Below, piece by piece: positions 13,225 to 26,724 of a stretch of 38,726 nucleotides of DNA (its first letter is position 1; each line of letters opens with the position of its first letter). A program made the position numbers and the translations under genes. The DNA comes from Rhizaria sp. SCN 62-66 (lineage: Eukaryota): the NCBI GenBank assembly GCA_001724265.1, contig MEDY01000115.1, positions 62,001-100,726 on the forward strand. Direction: 5' to 3'. The notes beneath the pieces were generated by a model, which worked only from the letters and a program-made list of their open reading frames with translations, had not been told where the DNA came from and searched no databases.

Positions 13225-15291
13225 TCAGTCAAGACTCTGCCTGTTCGGTCCCAGCACATACCGGTACGGAAACGGCATTGTCAAACTAGCACACCCGATG
13301 GGCAAGGGCGCGATCACTGGCATCTGCGTCGGAACCTGAGCATCGCGCACTTGCTGCAGCCGGAGCTCCGTGCCCTGTGCGGCAACCTTGTCACGCGTAC
13401 CCCCATGTGTTCCCACCCCACGGGTTCCGGCCTCGAGCACCGCGGGCGTGTTGTAACTCCCCGGCCCCGCAGTCGGCGTCGCGCCCCCCGACGCCGAGTG
13501 GCCCAACTTCAACGGCGCCGTTGTGGCTGCAGCAGATGCGGCTGAGAGAGCGCCGGCGACGCGGGCCGCTCCACTTGCGTCGGTCTTGGCCGCGGTTACG
13601 GCGGCGGCGTCGTCGGTGTCGAGCCCGGTGATGACGTCGCTCGAAGGACCGAATAAGTCGCTATCAGTGCTCTCGCCGTCGTCGTCGTCGTCCGCGGTGG
13701 CTTTGCCGCCTTTGTGGTGGACCGCGGCGACAGTGCCAGGCAGAGGCAAGAGCTCGGCGTCGCGCGCAAGCGACTCCGCAAGAGCGGCGACAATGAGCGC
13801 AGAGTATGTGCCGCCGCCGCAGAGGATGTGCCACACCGCGTGCAACGGCGGGTACACGGGCAGAGAAAGCAGGCGCTGGCACATGAAGTTGTCGGTAAGC
13901 CACGACGCTCCGGCGCACAGTGTGATGCCGACGTGAAACACCATCCAGCCCTTCAGGGCGGAGGCCGCGGGGGGAAGGTGGAGAAAATGGCGGCGGAACT
14001 CGAAGGATAAAACAACGCCCATGACAGTCATGTACATGAAGTGTACCTGGAAGACGGTGGTAAAACCGACGCCAGCGTGGATAAACGTCCAGAAAGCCAC
14101 GTACGCGACGAGCGCGCGTGCACGGGAGCGGGTGAGGAACCCAAGCCCGACGGCGTTCATAGCGCGCGCCACGGGTGCGAGGAACGCAAGGGTGGGGACC
14201 GTAGCGAGCCAGTCGGAGTGTTGGGACAAGCTAGGGTCTAAGGTCGTGCGGATGCGGTGTAAAGCCGTCATCCAGATGTACCAGGACTGGGCGATGGTGT
14301 AGATCATAGGCAACTCATCCAGCAATTGGGTCGAGAAATGGAGGGAGCCATGGAAAAGGGCGGAGCCGACGCCGACGATGGCGGTTAGGAGACCAAACAC
14401 AGTCAGGCTACAGTGCCAACGATTGCAATGCAAAGAGAGAGAGAATACAGGAACGACACAAAAGGATAAAGACGGAAGAATCAGACAACTATATTTAGAT
14501 AGAATATAATAAATGTAGTCTTTGGTACGTATACGGAGCTTTAGACTATTCAGTGATTATATATGTTGCCCTTTTGCTTGTTTAAAGAGGCGTACCGAGG
14601 GTTGTGACCACACTTGTAGGACCAATAGGCGGTGAGAAGACCGCCGAATGTGATCCACAGAGACGAAAACTAAACACAAAATCAGAATATGCGAATGTGT
14701 TAGTAATAATGGAGAGTCGTTGTTCATCATAGCACGATGAATTGTGATTAAGTTCGGAGAAATTGGGTGATATATAGGAGCAAGTAAGGAAAGGTTGCTG
14801 AGGTGAGAGTGGGTGTGAGTCACTGAAACATGCATATCAAAACAGCATGTTGTGACGAAGCAGACTGACCAAGGCATAGTAATTACACCAACATGTTTAA
14901 CCATATACCGAAGTCTTGTTTCTATAGATATTGGTATACGTACGCAATTGAAGAACTCAGCGACATAGTGGGAGTGTGCATAGTTTGGCTCACACCAATC
15001 AATCGTACTACAAAACAATGGAAAACAGAAGTGCATAGGAACAAAGGATATATATTTAGCATGATTGCAATAGGCAACGTCTCAAAAGAAAGGTCCGAAG
15101 CGTGTTTGTGCACGACAAAGTGCTGTGTGATTGAGGATTAAAGAAGGGACGTCGTAGATTTGATGTTGGTCGGAGTTCGGTGGGAGTTTCAGCAGAATTA
15201 GGAAGATATAAGCGCAGGCTTACCTCGTGTGGGGGCTCCAGAAACCATCCTTGTCGTGGGAACCGTCAGAAAAACGGACAACGTTCGACAT
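13225..15291 (-). CDS. ACER3: Alkaline ceramidase (CREST superfamily, ACER3/YPC1-like); about 462 aa
   Basis: Exons 15291-15224, 15007-14944, 14669-14596 and 14407-13225. The spliced product reads DGFWSPHTSTIDWCEPNYAHSHYVAEFFN, VGVGSALFHGSL, QLLDELPM, WLTDNFMC and LHAVWH (Zn-binding His motifs). Stop TGA. Confidence 0.92.
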
Positions 15292-15814
15292 GGACTGAGA
15301 ACGAGGAAGATGCATGTCGGGAAAGAGTAGAGATCACGAGAGAGGTTGTGAGAGTCAGGGAGTCGCTCAAGAGACATGATTTGACATGAACGCCAGGCGC
15401 CAGAGCGCGTATGCAAATCACAAAGTATATTTGAGTAGAAGTGTCATCGGTTATAGTTACTCATATATTGATTGTCGGACGAAGCCCGTTGATAATTACG
15501 CTCCAAAACGTAGCACTTCGCGAGCATCCTCTCGGTCCAATGTTCTCTTTCTTCGGCCGCTTGGCTCAGAGAGTCGAAGCAGTTTCTTGCAAGAGGTCAT
15601 ACCACTCCATCAGATTCCCGTTGGCGTTCGAATTAATTTTAGTAAATTAAAACTGTCGCTTGTATATCATAGTTTAGCTACATTTGCTATTGACGGACCT
15701 CTGAGGCGGGCGATTCAAACTCCCAGTCGAATAGTCGTTACCTCCGCTCCAACGTATTGCCAACCTCACCCACCCTCCGTCGCCCTCCTTGCTCACTCAC
15801 TCGCACTCTTACAG

Positions 15815-18800
15815 ATGCCGTTGTCTGTGCTGAACGCGCTCACAGCAGCGGTGCCCCTCTCCGCAGCACCCTCTGGCCCTGGCCAGAGCGGCAGCGACCA
15901 GATCCCCATTTTCACTCAGAGCGCAACCATTACAACCGCGAGCAACGCCACTTGCCCCACCGTGCCGACCCTCCCCACGACTGCCTCTTCCGGCGCCCCC
16001 TGTGAGGAGGACCCTACCGTCATTAACGAGCTTGTGATTACCGTACACTCCGCCGAGAACCTGTTCCATGTGCACGCAGACGCCGAGGACCCCGCCAAGA
16101 AACGCCCAACGAAGCGCGGCGGCACCAGCGGCTCGAGCAGCGGTGGCGGCGGCGGCGGCGCTGGTAATAGCAGCGGCGGCGCCGGCTCCGCGCTGGGCGG
16201 CAGCGGCGCGCTGGGCGGCGCGGGCGCGGGGAAGAGCGGCACCTTAAAGCCCTCTGCCAACAGCGGCGGCGGCGGCGGCGGAAACAACAGTTTCGGCGAT
16301 AACTCAACCGCCGCCGCTGCTTCTTCCTCTTCCTCTGCTTCCGCGGGCGCTTCAGGCGCTGGCTCGTCGACGTCACGCCGCCCGGGAGCGCGCGCCGCCG
16401 CCGCTGCCGCCGCCGCCGCTGCTGCCGCAGCCGCCGCTGCCCTACGTGACCAGGTACGTCCGCACCCGCAAAACGGTGGCACAATCACAATACTTGACAT
16501 ATCTCACTGAAACAAGCACCCTAAAATACTAAATTTGGGGATTTCGGCATGAGATATTATTTAGTCTATGAATACCGTTAATTTATGTCACTAAACCTAT
16601 ATCCTGTTTTCTATATCTTCCATCTTAACTTTTGCTTTGCTTTGTTTTGCTTAGGGTTTCGAGCGGTCTCCCCTGCACGCCTGCGTAGCCGTCGCCGCGG
16701 GCGGTCTGGCCCCCACCGCGTCCCCCTGGTCTGCCGACTTCACTTCCCTCCGCGGCGCTCTGAAGGCCGAGCAGCTCGCCGCCGCTCAGGCCCAGCTTGT
16801 CCAGCAGCAGCAACAGACCGCCGCCGCCGCCGCCTCTGCCGCCGCCGCCGCCGCCGCCTCTGGCAAGGCCCCGTCCCGAGGCTCCCACTCGGCCGCAGCG
16901 GGCGCTGGGACCGGTGCTGGGCTCGGCGGCGCTGCCGCGCTGGGCAAAGCTGACGCCGCCGCCGCCGCCGCGGCCGCCGCCGCCGCTGCCGCCGCCGCCG
17001 CGCCGCCGTTGGTGCCCGAGATGCGGTTCGGTTCTGACTGGGTCGTTTCCCCCGTGGCCACAAACTGCCGCGGCGCGCCCAAGTTCGAGTACACAATTAC
17101 AATCCCGATCAAGTCCAAGTCGCATTTCCTCAATCTCATCGCGAATAGGCAGCTCGAGCTCGCAGTGAACCAAGTCTTTGGTGTTCCGGCACACTCCAAC
17201 ACCGCCTCCTCTGACACTGCAAGCGCGTCCAACAGCTCTAGCGCCGCTGCTGGCTCTAGCTCCAGCTCTAACTCGTCTGCCAGTGCGAGTGCGGGCGGGG
17301 GTGCGAGTGGGTCTCCGGTGCTCTCATCCCGCCGCGCCGCCGCCCTCTCCCGCACCAGCAGTAGCAGCAGCAGCAACGCTGCTAACAGCCACAACAACAG
17401 CACGGCGAGCGGCAACAACAACGCGAACGGCAGCGCCGCGGCGGAGGCTGTGTCGGCCGAGGCCGCCGCCGCCGCCGCTGCCGCCGCCGCCGAGCAGCTG
17501 CGCATGTACCCTATCGGTCGCGCGCGGCTTGACTTAAGCTCCCTGCTCACAGGTGCGGACAGTGTCCCCGCGACCGAGCTTGCGCTCGAGTTTGCGCAGC
17601 CCGTTGTCGCGCGCGGCATGCAGCTGCTGATGGAGGAAGTGGTGGCGCACGAGGCAATTACGGGCGCAGCGGCCGCCGCCGTCGCCGCTGCCGCCGCTAA
17701 TGGCATCCACGTCCCTAACAACAACAGCAACAGCAGCAACAGCAGTAGCCACGGCGGCACGGCGGCGAACAGTAGTAACAGCACGTCGCCAGCGTTGGCA
17801 TCCCGCTCGCTCAGCGGTGTCGCCGTGAACGCCGAGACAAACTCGCTCTCTAGTGCGTTCAGCCCCACGAAGCACGGCGTCGCGTCCAGTTTCCTGTCTT
17901 TGCCGACCGGCAGCAGTGCCAGCGCCAGCGGCCGGTTCGGCGCGGGTAGCAGCAGCGACAGCAGGGGCAGCTTCAATAGCAAGTCTCAACAACAGCAGGC
18001 GGCGGCGGCGGCGAGTGCCCAGGCTGCCGCCGGAAGTCAAGCCGCGGGTACCCGTGGGTCAGGTGTTCCGAAGACAGCGCACGTGTTGTTCACTGCGCCT
18101 CCCAAGGTTATCGTGAGCGCCCGTCTCGCCCGTGGACCGATGCTCACGGTCGCTGAGGCGGCGGAGTTGGCCATTGCGGAGCTGACGGTCAGTGAAGTCA
18201 GCAGTGTCCCCGCGGGCGCTCTCGGCGACTGTGACGCGAGCCTCAGCTCTCCGAACAACATCAATAACAGCGGCAATGGCAGCAATGCGAACACCGCGAG
18301 CACGGGCTCGCTCAACGGCAACGGCAACGAGAACAACAATAACGTCTCCGCTAATGCAAGTGGTGTCATCACAGCAGGCGCTACAGCCTCCGGCTCTGGC
18401 TCTGGTTCTGGCTCTGGCTCTGGGTCTAGTAGCGCGGCCGCCAACGCCGCCGCCAGCGCCGCTCTCGCCGCCGCCAAAGCCACGGAGCGTCAGCGCATGC
18501 TCATCGCATCCGTCGCGGTCGCCGCCGTCACGTCTCTTCTCGGCGCTCAGGGCCCCGCCGCCGCCGCCGCCATCGCCGCCTCACTGCGCCGCTGCCCCGC
18601 CGCCACCAGGAGCCCTGCGGGCGCGAGCGCGCTGCCGGCGTCGGGCACGCCCTGGGGGGTGCTCCGGTCGCCGCTGTTCGCCGCTGCCCTCGGCGTGCCC
18701 CCCGCCGTGCTACTCGCGGCCGCTGCCGGGATGCAGCAGCAGGGGTTTGTGCGGGAGCGGCTGTTGGCGGCGACGGTGGCCGCGGTGGCGGAGGAAGAGG

Positions 18801-21800
18801 CGCATGTGCCGGTCGCAGCGGTCGCTACTGCGTTCCCGGTGACCGGCGACGTGTCGTCGTTCGCCTCTGTCACCTCTAACCAGAGCCAGGGCCAGAGCCA
18901 AAGCCAGGGCTACGGTAATGGGTCCAATATGCTTGACTTTGACGACTGTGACCCTGAGTCGGACAGCAACAATAACAACACCAGCAATTCTGGCGTGAAC
19001 GCGAGTGCGGCTAGTTTGTTGGTGTTGGCTGACGCTGGTCCCTCATTGACCAACTCCAACAACAACAACAACAATTTTGCCGCGAATAACGCTGCTGCAG
19101 GCTCTGGCAGAGCTGTCCCGTTGACACAGTCACGCCGAATCGTGTTGTCGCCAGACGCGCTGGCTCTGCTCCGCGCACACGTCCTGACCGCCACGACTGC
19201 CAACAGCGGCAACAGCAACAACAACAGCAACGCTACGGCGTCGTCGTTTGTTGCGCCCGCGACGCTCCCCCTGGCCGTCATGCTCGGCTCTGCGCCTCTC
19301 TCGGCCCTGGCGCCGCCGCCGGCCCCCACCTTTGCCCAGACCGTGCAGGCGTGCCCGCCGTACCCGAGCCCCGCGGTTGCCGCCGCCAACGCCGCCGCCG
19401 ACGCCGCCGCCGCGGCCGCTGTGACCAGCGCTGGAAGTACCAGTGGCACTCATGGAGGTAGCAGTGCCCCGTCATCGGCACGCACTCTCTCTGCATCCAC
19501 TTCTGGCGCCGCTTCGACTGGCGGCAGCTCTAACTCATCGTCATCATCGTCTGTGGCGGCAGCGGCTGCGGCGGCCGCGGCGGCTGCGGGTGTGACCGGC
19601 CTGCCGAATGTCGCGCTGCTGCTCCCAGGGATGTCGACCAAAATGCAGCAAGACAGTCAAGCACTCGTCCTCGCATCGCACCAACCCAACCTCACAGATA
19701 GCGTCAACGCCAACGCCAGCGCAGGCACCAGCAGCGCCAGCTCTAGCAGCGTCTTTGGCGCGAGCGCAGTGCTGCAGCTGCCGGCGCCGGCGGCTGGGTC
19801 AAAGCTCATGTGGGGTCTCGCGTCGCTGGACCTGTCCCCGCTCGCCGAGCCCGGCGCACTGGTCGTCCGCGCCCGCTGCCCGCTGGCGACGTGCGACGCC
19901 GCCACTGTCGCTGCCATCATGGGCACGGCGCGCGCCTCAGCTTTCACTCGTGGCCACGCTGCGAACGCAAACTCTACTGCCAGTAGCAGTGGCCCCGTGA
20001 CTGCCAGTGCCAATGCGAGTGCACGCGTCAACGCTGTGAGTGTCGATGTGGCACCGGGTTTGCTTGTTGCGGCTGCGCTAGCGGGCGCGTCCGCGGCCGA
20101 CACCGCCGCGCTCGCCGCCGCTGCAGGCACCACAGCCTCGGGCGCTGCCGCTTCTCGGGGGGTCACTTCTCTCCTCACCACAATCGCGAACAACAACAAC
20201 AACAATAACGGTCACAGCGTGGGCAACACCGAGAATGCCTCCGCTGCTGCTGCCGCTGCGGCGGCGAACAGTGGCGGTGTCACAGCGTCTCCGGCCCCGT
20301 CAGCTCGCCGCGCCAACCCCTCCAGCAGCACCCCCACCGACAGCTCGAGCAGCAACAACAACGGTAGCAGCGGAAACAACAGCAGCAGCAACAGCAGCAG
20401 CTCCAACACGTCTGCGGCTGGGAGTGGCAGCGGCAACGGCGCAGGCACGGCAACGGCAACTGCGCCGGCGACTCCGGGCCCCTCTGCGCGCGCTTCGTTC
20501 GCACATGACAAGACCGCCGCCGCCGCGGCCGCCGCGGCCGCCGCGCAGGCCCAGGCCCAGGCGCAGGCGCAGGCGGCTGTGGCGGCCCGCTCCCTCTTCC
20601 AGCTCACGGGAACGGCGCTCACGGTCACTTTGACGCTCACGAAGCCGCTTGTGCCCGTGTTGCTGCCGCCGCCGGAGCCGGAGTCCGCTGCTGCGGCCGC
20701 CGCCGCCGCTGTGGCAGCTGGCGGCTTCGTCGTCCCTGCCTCTCACTCCCACTCCAACGACAGTAGCGACAAGGTGACTGTCATGGGTGATGATGCTGCT
20801 GCAGCTGATGGGAGTAACACTGCGCAGGTGAAGACGAAGAGCGTGAGTGCACGGCAGCGCATCGCCGCCGTTGCCGCGCGCGTCGCTGCGACGGTGCTGG
20901 CCACGCCCGACGCCGCCGCTGCCCTCTCTCACCACGGCCACGGCGACAGCGCCGGGAACCCGGCAGCTCACGGTAACAGTGATCTCGCAGCAACGGAGAG
21001 TGAGGGCGCGGCTGCTCTCGGTGCACTGGCGCTGGCGCTGCAGCGGCGCGGGCTCATCTCCACCTTCGCCACCGCTCTCGAGCGGCCCCTGGCCGCGCTG
21101 GCGGGCGAGCTGGCTGCGGAACGCGCTTGCGACAACGCGAACATCAATGGCAACGGTGATGATGATAATGCTATTTCGGTTGATGACTTGATCCAGGAGG
21201 CTCTCACTGCCATCGACGCTTCCCTCGACGACAACAACAACGCTAATGCTAAGACTGGGAATGGCTATAACAATGAGGCTTATCCCGAGTCGGCAAGCTC
21301 CGAGGCCGACTGTGAGCGTGAAGTCACCGCCGTTCTGACCGAAGCTTTGGCCGCGTCCCTGCGCGCGAGCGTCCAGGCCGCTCGCTGGGCCGCGGCCGCC
21401 TCCACTCTCGGCGCCGCTGCCAGTGCCGTCGCGCCAAAGACGAGGGCCTGGACCGCGTGCTTAGACCGCGTGCTGCTGGTTTCGACGGCGCGCGCTCGTA
21501 TCGTCGACACGGTCTATAACAACCACAACAACAACAATAGCAGCTGTAGCAACGGCGAGAGTGCTGCCGGTGTGTCTGCTGTGTGTATTGAGGCTGTAAC
21601 GCGCGTGAATGTCGAGCTCTCACGCGCCTACTTAGCTCTGGCCGCTGCCGCTCTGGCGTCGCAGCCCACCGCCTCACAGGTGCAGTCGCACTCGCCGTCT
21701 CAGGTGGGTAAGAAGCTGCAGGGCCCTGGCGCGGCGCGTGAAGCGATTCACCGCGCGCTCGTCTTCTCTGCACTGCCTGACCTCACTCTCTGCGGTGCCC

Positions 21801-24395
21801 TTAGCGACGGCAACGACCACCACGACAACATCAGTGAGAGGAGTCACCGTACACAGTCTAATGCTATGACTGGTTGTGTTCCGCCGTCTCTGCGTGACGT
21901 TGACACTGCTCTCGGCCTCGGCACCACTCAGCACGAGCAACAGCAGCAGCGTAGTGCCGGCGGCAATGACAGCGGCAGTGACCGTGAGTCGAACTGGGGG
22001 CATGTGATCGGCAACGTCGCCGCGCCCTCCCCTGCTCTGCTGAGCTCCCGCACGCACGCTCTCAGCTCTCTCCTGTATGACCGACAGCCGCAGTCCCAGC
22101 AGTCCCAACAGCCTCTCTGCGAGCAAGTTACCGGTGTCCAGTCAGCCGCGTACGCGCTCTGGGCTCTCGCCACGCTGGCGTTGGACGGCGTTGGCCACAG
22201 TCAACTCGCACTCTCACGCGCGCGCGCCGCCGTTGCCATTACCGCTGCACTCTACCACTGCCACCCCGATGATATCTCTCGCATCGATGTGAGTGACGCC
22301 GTGTCAACTGTGCGAGACTATCAGCTCGCGCTCGCGCTTGGGTTTTGCGCTGAGATTGCCGAGGAGGACGCTACGGCCGCCGCCGCCTACGCGTCCGCTG
22401 CGCAGGTACTCTCGCGCTCTTCCATCACTCTGTCCAGCGCAAGTAATGGCGGCGGCGGTGTGAATAATGCGGGTGTTTTGGCAGCGTCCCACGCCCAGGT
22501 TGCTTGGTTTGGACCCGCCCCCGCCCGCGGCTGCAGCTTACAGTTGGCTTTCCCGCTCGATCTCTCCGGCTGCCCCCACATTGCACTGGCGCGCACTCTG
22601 CTAGCCCTTGCCCCTGGCACTGGCGAAGCGGCGGCCGCGATTGGCGGCTGCGATCTGCGGGCGCAGGCGTTGATCCGTCTCCGTGAGTCGATTGATAACA
22701 TCGCAGCCTCTCAGGCGGGCGGCGAGCAGTCTCACTCCAGCTCGAAGAATGACGACGGTGCTATTGCTGTTTTCTTCGATGTGGACGCTGGTACTCGTGT
22801 GTATAATCATTATACCAGCGGTACATGTGAGTTCACGGCCCGCGCGTTCGGCGTTGCACCGTCTGTTGAGCTCGCTTTGGCGCTCTCCAGCGACGCCGCT
22901 GGGGCCGAGGAGGCCGTTGCGCTCGCAGAGGCCGCCGTGTCAGCCGCAGAAACAGCCGCAGACGCCGAGGCGAATGACCGTGAGCGCTCGCAAAGTGGGG
23001 GATCACAATGCGATGGGTGGAGCGCGTTTGCCGCGTATGTCGCCGTGCGCGCGCGCGCTGTGCTAGTCCGCGCACGCTTTACTCTCGCGATTACTGCGAC
23101 GATCACGGCGAACAGTGCCAGTGCGAACAACGGTTATAACAACAACGGCAGCAACGGCGGCAACAATGTCTGGAGCGCAATGTGGACTGCGCCACTCACG
23201 GCTGCCGCGGCCGCTGCCATGGACGCCGCAGCGGTGTCCGGCGCTGCGATGGCTCTGAGTGGCGAGCAAGAGGCGCTGCTGGGCGCTGTGTATGACGATT
23301 ATACGCACTATCAGGTATGTTGTTGAGCTCACTAGCAAGCCAAAAAACAATGACGTCACTTAAATATCAATATATCTCGCTCTAATATTGCGGTATTGTC
23401 TCCAAACTAAGGCGTATGAGTTAAAAGTATGGTTTATAGCCAAATAATTCAATTCTCTCACATGTTTTTATCTCGTGTTTATATATTGTTGTTTCTCCTA
23501 GACTTCGCACGAGTCCGCCGCCGCTGAGCGTGCCCGCCTCTGCTCACAGTCACAGTCTCCATCTCAGTCTCCGTCTCAGTCTGTGATCGCATTGGCCTAC
23601 GACGCCGTCACTGCCCGTGTCGGCGATTCTCCCGCTGATTTCTCCCTGCAATGCGCATTCGCACTCACATCACTCGCTCTCAACTCCAACAACACCCTCG
23701 TGAACAACAACGGCGGCGATGCGGGTGCGGCCATTGCGAGTGCGAACGACGCTCTCGTGACTGTGCGCACGCTTATCACTGGCAACGCACAGATGACACA
23801 GGCGCAGACGACGGCGGCACAGACAACAGCGGCTCACCCGCTTCCGTGGCTCCTGTGGGCCCTCACGGCCGCGCACGCCCTCACAGCGCACCGCAACTCC
23901 CAGTCACACGCACAATCGCACGCAGGCAACAACAACTCGTGCAGCCACAGCACCGCGACCGCGACTGTGCGCGCTCTGCGGGCGGAGGCCTTAGGCGCCC
24001 TCTCTCGCGCGCTGAGCTGCGATGGCGTCACTGGACAACGCCCCTTGCCGCTGGCCTGGGCGATGTACGCCGTCGTGGCGCTCGAGGGGGCGGTCGACGA
24101 GAAGGCCCTACTGCTCGCGGTCGCCGCCGCCTCCCCTGTTTGTGCGGCCTCTCCAGTTTCTGCGTCGGGCCACGCGGAGGCGGCGGCCGGGGAGAACAAG
24201 GTGGAGGCCGAGCTCTCAATCGCGCTTGCGGCGGCGGAGGCCGCTGTGAACGCCGGCATCGCAACTGACCGCGGCGACGGCGACAGCGACTTTGACTGTG
24301 GCAGTGCTGACGAGTGCAACAGGGACGGCTGGTCAGCGTGGACTGCGCTGAAGACTGTGTTTGAGGCCAGGGGGCTCTGGGAGGTTGTCCAGTAA
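15815..24395 (+). CDS. CFAP70: CFAP70 (TTC18)-like cilia/flagella-associated protein, greatly expanded by low-complexity inserts; about 2730 aa
   Basis: Exons 15815-16453, 16655-23314 and 23502-24395, with phase-0 CAG|GT...AG introns; stop TAA. Ordered blocks resemble CFAP70 as recalled: LVITVHSAENL (C2-like), IGRARLDLSSLLTG, ELTVSEVSSVP, SRRIVLSPDA, GLASLDLSPLAEPGALVVRARCPL and GTALTVTLTLTKPLVP, followed by a degenerate helical TPR-like C-terminal half. Confidence 0.65.
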
Positions 24396-24918
24396 GGAAG
24401 CATGGTGTGTGAATACTTGCGCAATCTAAGTACCCTCTTGTTCGGCAGCTTACATTATAACATCAAGTCTATCTCTAAGTATCCGTCAGTGTTGTAAAAA
24501 AGTGTCTTAAAACCAGGGAATTATATTACTGGCTGTGGAATGAAGCAGAGGCTTTGTTCATGCTTTTTGAAGATACGTCTTTTTATATTCTAGTTATATC
24601 CAGTTCAAAATATGTTTTAAAAGTTTTCTAACTGCTGCAATACGTGCCTGTTTTTGACCACGATGATATTCAACCATAACAACAACAACCAACGTAATAC
24701 AACATTAAACTATCCATCACTTTGGTGCAGACATGTTATATATTTAACAAGACCTGTTTCTTTTGATTTACTCACAATAATAACGATAACTTAACGCCTC
24801 TTTCGTGTTCACAAACAACCCAAAAGAAGCTTACTCACATTCTCATAACATGCTAGGCTCACAGCAACATAGCGCATGTCCGCGGCTTAACTCGCTAACC
24901 CCCGCGCGGCCTGACTCC

Positions 24919-25893
24919 TTACTCGCTAGCGGGCTTCTTCATGCCGAACAGCTCGTGAAGTTCGCCCGACTGGAACATACTGGTGACGATGTCGCAGCCG
25001 CCGACGAACTCACCGTTGACGTAGAGCTGAGGGATGGTAGGCCAGTCAGAGAAGATCTTGATGCCATCGCGAAGAACAGGTGAGTCAAGGACGTTGCACG
25101 CCTCGTACTGCACGTCTGTTGGTGTGTTGTGGTGGAAGCAATAACGAAAACGTCAAAAAGCCAAGACCAAACGAAGTGATGAGATTGAAGAACTACAAAG
25201 TGCGACTTTTGTGGCAGAAATTTAAGACTGACATTTTCCGACATGATTATCATGAACAAAAGATATATTATAGAAATAGATCGAATGTTAACAACAACCT
25301 CTCAATTTAATAAAATAGTGTTGTTTGTTATTGTTTTCTAGACGTACTGAGGTGCGTGAGGATCTGAACGACGCGGGACGAGAAGCCGCACTGAGGGGCA
25401 TCAGGCACACCCTTCATGAAGAGCACGACCTTGTTGTTGGCGACAACCTCGCCGATCTGGCGCTGCATCTCGGCCATCTCCTCCTCCTCGGCGGTGGTGG
25501 GGGCGGCGGCAGGGGCCTTCTTCTGGGGCTTGAACTGAAAACAAGGGGAGAAAGCAAAGTGGCGAAATGAAGAGACATTCGAAGTGAGCGACCAAACTTT
25601 GACAGAGGCATGCAGACTGCTTATGACAGTGTTGAAGAGTGCTGATGGGAGCGTACGGCATTGTCGGAGTCGGGGTCAACGGAGAAGGCGCGCACGGGGA
25701 TGGCGACAAGCTTCTCGAAGGAAGGGAGCTTGACGCTCTTAAGACTCTTGCTGTTAGCGATGGTCGCAGCGCTGCCGGAAAAGAGGGCGGCGGGCGCGGC
25801 AGAAGAAGCGAACCGGGCAACCGCGGTAAAGGTGGTGGCGCGGGAGAGCAGGGTCGCGGCGCGGGTGGCGCGGGAGAGACGGGAAGCGAGCAT
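24919..25893 (-). CDS. GLRX5: Mitochondrial monothiol (CGFS) glutaredoxin, Grx5/GRXS15-type; about 206 aa
   Basis: Exons 25893-25657, 25534-25348 and 25115-24919. Motifs are [17 protein letters not shown] and [25 protein letters not shown]. The N-terminus [13 protein letters not shown] is a presequence-like segment. Stop TAA. Confidence 0.95.
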
Positions 25894-26724
25894 GGTCTGT
25901 CTGTAGGGGACGGGAGCGGAGTGAGGGTGGAGAACGACGAAGTGTGAGGGTGTTGCGCGGAAGAGAGAGCATGGCGTGCGATGTAAACGCACAATTATCG
26001 TGCACAAGTCATAAAACATGCGAATATAAACGTGCAATGTCTGTTATTGACACTGAGATTGCTATCAACGGATGATAGAATGCAGGTTGAATGTGTTTCC
26101 TCAAGGCTTGAACGGCCCTGAGCAGCTGCCACAGTCATGAGCGTGGGGCAAGATGGTAAATTTGGGCAATATCAGTCTTAAGACAAGTTTCAGTCTGGTG
26201 AACACAACGCAGCTGTGGACAAAGCGTGATTTTAATTGTAGTTCTCACAGTAAGGTGTTTCATTTATTCCCGTTATCCCCTATCTAGACCCGAAAAACTA
26301 CTCTTGCGCCTCAAGCGAGCACGGTTGTGGCAGACCTATTGAGAACGCTATCGATATGCCTAGAGAAAAATAATACAATAGATGAGTACTCACAAACAAC
26401 AATCCATCGGTAAAGGTCAAATTTGACCCCCGGCACCCCGTTACCTTGTGCTAACATGCTGGGAACCGCTCCACCACATACGCTATTGTGTTGGTGGTCT
26501 ACATTGCATGCACTGCAGCCGCGAGCCGACCGTGAGCAGCTATCAAGCTGGGAGAATTGCAATGACGAGTTCTCAATGTATATCCATACGATGCAAGTGT
26601 AGATTAAAAACCGGAGTGTCTACGTTGCGTTTTATTTTCATCTCAAATTGCAGCTCTCAACCACGTGCTCACATTGCTACACGACTCTTGTCGACATTCA
26701 ACTGTCCAAAGCGGGAGCCTCGAC

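Noticed and set aside
15386-15814. N-terminal extension of the CFAP70-like ORF from 15386
   Set aside because: It lies in the AT-richer divergent spacer with non-coding composition; coding style starts at ATG 15815.
16786-17982. Long antisense and alternative-frame ORFs over the large genes (e.g. 398 aa here, 287 aa at 28911-29774)
   Set aside because: These are shadow ORFs expected from GC-rich triplet-repeat coding sequence, and they show no motifs.
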